From Eledone cirrhosa (taxonomy: Eukaryota): a stretch of 64,000 nucleotides of DNA. Position 1 is the stretch's first letter; each line of letters opens with the position of its first letter. Location of the stretch: assembly GCA_964016885.1 (NCBI GenBank), contig OZ024743.1, positions 376,092,001 to 376,156,000 of the forward strand. The letters are read 5' to 3'. The translations under genes and the position numbers were made by a program. Under the pieces are notes generated by a model that worked only from the letters and a program-made list of their open reading frames with translations, searched no databases and was not told where the DNA came from. Positions 58,440-64,000 of the stretch are shown in pieces.

Positions 58440-58880
58440 TAATGTGTTATGATTTAGGAACAAGGCTAACAAATTTTAGAGGGAGGGAAAGTCGATTAAA
58501 TCGACCCCAGTGTGTTACTGGTGCTTTATTTTATCGACCCCGTAAGGATGAAAGGCAAAGCTAACCTCGGCTAGATTTGAACTCAGAACGTAAAGGGCCG
58601 TAACACTATGCTGAAAAGCAGGGTGTCCGATCTTTACCTCTAATAATAATAATAATTCTTTCCGAAGAGTGTGATTTGGTAGAAATGGTTGAGAGTCGGC
58701 TAAAAATACTATTGCAGTATTTGTTCTGTCTCTTTACATTCCAAGTTCAAATCCCGTCGCGGTCAACTTTTATCCTTGCAGAGTCAATCAAATATCGTAC
58801 CAGTGAAGTACTGAGTTCATTTAATCAACTTTGTCCGTTCATAAACATTGCTGGACTTATCACTAAATTAGAAATGAATA
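58440..58880. mobile_element. Two OK-type SINE copies (58440-58610 minus; ~58670-58880 plus, degenerate)
   Basis: ttttatcgaccccgtaaggatgaaaggcaaag..gatttgaactcagaacgtaaag; aagttcaaatcccgtcgcggtcaacttt. Confidence 0.7.
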
Positions 58881-58990
58881 GTAATATTTTTTTAATTTCA
58901 TCAAGAAAATTATAATCTACATAATAGAAACGCATCTGTGTAAAATTTCATTAAAAAATATACATTAAGAATGTTATGAGGAAATAGAAT

Positions 58991-59046
<56 letters not shown>

Positions 59047-59074
59047 ATTGAAGTTAATAATGGTTTATAATTTA

Positions 59075-59297
59075 GTCATCAGGGCCCAAAATTTGACTAC
59101 CCACATCCTTGAGGGTCGAATACAGGGAAAAAGAGCCAGGGGACGGCAGAAAAGGAGATGGACAGATGATAATAAGGAATGGACAGGAAAGAGTTTGGCG
59201 GAATGCACGGCAATGGCAAGAGACAGGAAAAGATGGAGAGTGCTGGTCCATTTGTCCATGAACCAAGATCCTCAGATATGAGGATGGGATGAGAAGA
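59075..59297 (+). mobile_element. 3' end of an RTE-clade LINE
   Basis: ILEGRIQGKRARGRQKRRWTDD.KEWTG.SL.E....ARDR.RWR. Confidence 0.8.
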
Positions 59298-59299
59298 AT

Positions 59300-59800
59300 A
59301 ATTTACTCACAAGGCCAGCGATTTAAGGAAGAGCGGGAAGTCGATTAAATTGGTTCCGTTATTTAACTGGTACTTTATTTTATCGACCTCGGAAGATATA
59401 GACAGCGGAAAGATTTGAACTCAGAGAGTGTAAACAGTCAGAATAATTACTATTAAGTATTTCTACGACGCTTTAACGGCTCTGACAATCCGGCGCCCCA
59501 ATAAACGCTCAATAATACGTACATACTTTATCTGATGTTAAATAGAGTAACAAATTAAGTTTACCATTCAAGTAGATCATAACAGGATTTGAACTCAAAG
59601 CACAAAGTGCCGGAACAAATATTACAAAACTGGTACTTGAGAGAGAGAGAGAGGTTGGGGGGGAGATAAATCGATCCTAGTACTGAACTGGTACTTTTTT
59701 ATCGACCCCAAAAGGATGAAACACAAAGTGAACCTCGGAAGGATTTAAACCCAGTCTGCAGACAATCGAAACTAATACCGCAAGGCGCTTGTAAACTCGC
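59300..59800 (-). mobile_element. Cluster of degenerate SINE fragments
   Basis: Repeated actggtacttt..ttttatcgac and gatttgaactc motifs at ~59365-59425, ~59585 and ~59686-59755. Confidence 0.65.
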
Positions 59801-60017
59801 CTTAAATATATGGATTCGAAATGATGGCTTTACATTTGCTGGCTTTGTACGGCCCTCTCCAACAACTATCCCCAAACTAATGAAACTCATGCGTTTAATT
59901 AAGCAACTAATAATAACGATTCATAATAATGTTATGCATTGTTTGGTTTTGAATCTTTAGAAAATATCTTGCAAAGCAATGAAGATAAAAACACACCAGC
60001 CATTTTTGTTATTATAC

Positions 60018-60059
<42 letters not shown>

Positions 60060-60063
60060 TCAC

Positions 60064-60112
<49 letters not shown>

Positions 60113-60583
60113 AATATATATATATATATATGATTAAATATGAATGTTCGTACTATCAAACTTCTATTTAATCTTTCGCTTGTTTGAAAAAATAGTTTCA
60201 TGTATCTGTGAGGAGTATATTTCAGCAAATATAGTAAACATAAATATAATTAAGGTAATTAAGATTGTCTTATTGATAAGTTACTAATGATGTTTAAATG
60301 TGATATAGTACTGTTCAGTCAGTCATTTGAAACTAACAATAAGTACAGGAAGGAAGGTCAGTGGGACGGCCATTAATCACGGAAAGATACGATGGATAAG
60401 GGAAGAAACTAATACAATACATAATAATAATAGAATATTCGTGTGCATTTGTGTGTATATATATATATATATATGTGTTTATATATATACATATATATAT
60501 ACACACACACACACAGACACACATATATATATATATATATATGTATTTATAAGTGTGTATTTTGTATATTTATATATATGTAT

Positions 60584-60670
<87 letters not shown>

Positions 60671-61015
60671 AGTGTGTATTTTGTATATTTAGCGATATAC
60701 GGTATGTTTATGAATAAACATTTGAAGGCCTACACTATGACGTAGACCTATGATAACGTAGACTCTTTGATGGCTCTACGTCTTAGAGCCATCTAGCGGA
60801 TTCCAGCAGAAGCCAGGCTAGGTAACAGTCGACGATCATCGTTTCTGACTGGTCGTTATCAAGACAGTGCTCCCTTACCATGCTCTCTTCTGGAACTCAA
60901 TATAGGCGAAAACGTAGTTTTTATACCTATGTACATGGGCTAATTAGTCTCATTTGCATAGAACGGTCGGCCGTCTCGGCCGGAAGATAGAATTAAGGAG
61001 TATAAATATATGTAT

Positions 61016-61144
61016 AATGGTGGTGCAAAAGTCACGCACCAACCTATCACGAACATATTCATCACTTTCACTGATAAAACTAACAAATATAAAGATATAG
61101 CAAAGAGATATTTTTTACTGGTGCGTTACTTTTGCATCACCCTG
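61016..61144. mobile_element. Tc1/mariner-like MITE
   Basis: TIRs ggtggtgcaaaagtcacgcacca / tggtgcgttacttttgcatcaccctg, in a TA context. Confidence 0.6.
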
Positions 61145-61148
61145 TGTG

Positions 61149-63205
<2,057 letters not shown>

Positions 63206-64000
63206 AAAAGACAACCACACCCAATATAAGTTACACTGGGAGATCCTAGCTAGGGCTAGATCGTATAACGGAACTAAAAGACCATGTGACCTCTGCGCCG
63301 CTGAGGCCCTGGAAATACTCTACGCTACAGACCACATCTTAAACAAAAAATCTGAGGCAATTTCGGCTTGTAAACATAAATGGCACAAAACTTTCCTGTA
63401 TTACAGCCCCACGTTATACCCTAACGGATAGCACGATCTATACGTGGATATTTTACGTCTTGATGTGGGAGCTAAGTATATGTTTTGTTTATTCCTTTAC
63501 TTATTTGCATAGGTAAGTATATATTACCCGTATGTTTTGTGAAGGTATGTATACCTTCTCGTACGTATATTTGACTGTTATAGCGTATCATTTTTACATA
63601 TTCTGGTATTTAGGGTTTGGCTATGTGTATACAGGAGTTTTGCGTCCGCGTGAGTGTGCAGGTTCGTACGAATGGTGGGTGTGTGTATATGTGTACTTCT
63701 TGTTTTAGTTGACTTACGTCTCCGAACATTCGTGTATTTATATGTAGGTATGCGTGTGCGCTTGTTATATACGTATTTATTTACTTATATACGTTTATAT
63801 AATTATTTATTTATTTGTACACAAGCATACTCACACACATATTTATACGTGCGTGGTTTTGTATACCCATGGTAAGGTTTTGCGTATGCTTGTGTATGTA
63901 CGTATCTGTTTGCGTGTATGTATTTATTTGTTTCTATTACTTCTGTATTGTATTTATTTACTTTGTTCTTAACTCTGTAGCGGAGATTCATTTGGTCTCC
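63206..64000 (+). mobile_element. Inverted duplicate of the same element's 3' end (ORF tail + pLTR) joined at its 5' truncation
   Basis: 63206-64000 is the reverse complement of ~61813-62604 with few differences; runs off window. Confidence 0.9.

Overview
Eukaryotic, extremely repeat-rich DNA; the tRNA-derived SINEs and (TA)n/(CA)n content point to an octopod cephalopod (inference, not proven). Almost all ORFs in the supplied track are microsatellite artefacts, and no host gene is confidently present (one weak candidate terminal exon at ~53 kb). The window is a nest of retroelements inserted into (TA)n tracts. It holds at least eight coding pieces of Penelope-like elements (PLEs; RT and/or GIY-YIG), one with an uninterrupted 762-aa RT-EN ORF. 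It also holds a near full-length Tx1/L1-clade LINE sitting in (TATC)n, CR1/L2-type, RTE and CRE-type LINE fragments, SINEs, a Tc1/mariner-like MITE and a 46-47 bp minisatellite. Two main discoveries from reading the sequence. (1) More than 25 type I hammerhead-ribozyme motifs of more than ten distinct sequence families, many in fold-back palindromes and several with atypical cores or long stem II insertions. (2) An HIV-1-like slippery site (T TTT TTA GGG AA, 4632-4643) that would fuse an upstream ORF to the PLE RT-EN ORF by -1 frameshifting. All folds and alignments were done by eye; coordinates of degenerate elements are approximate.
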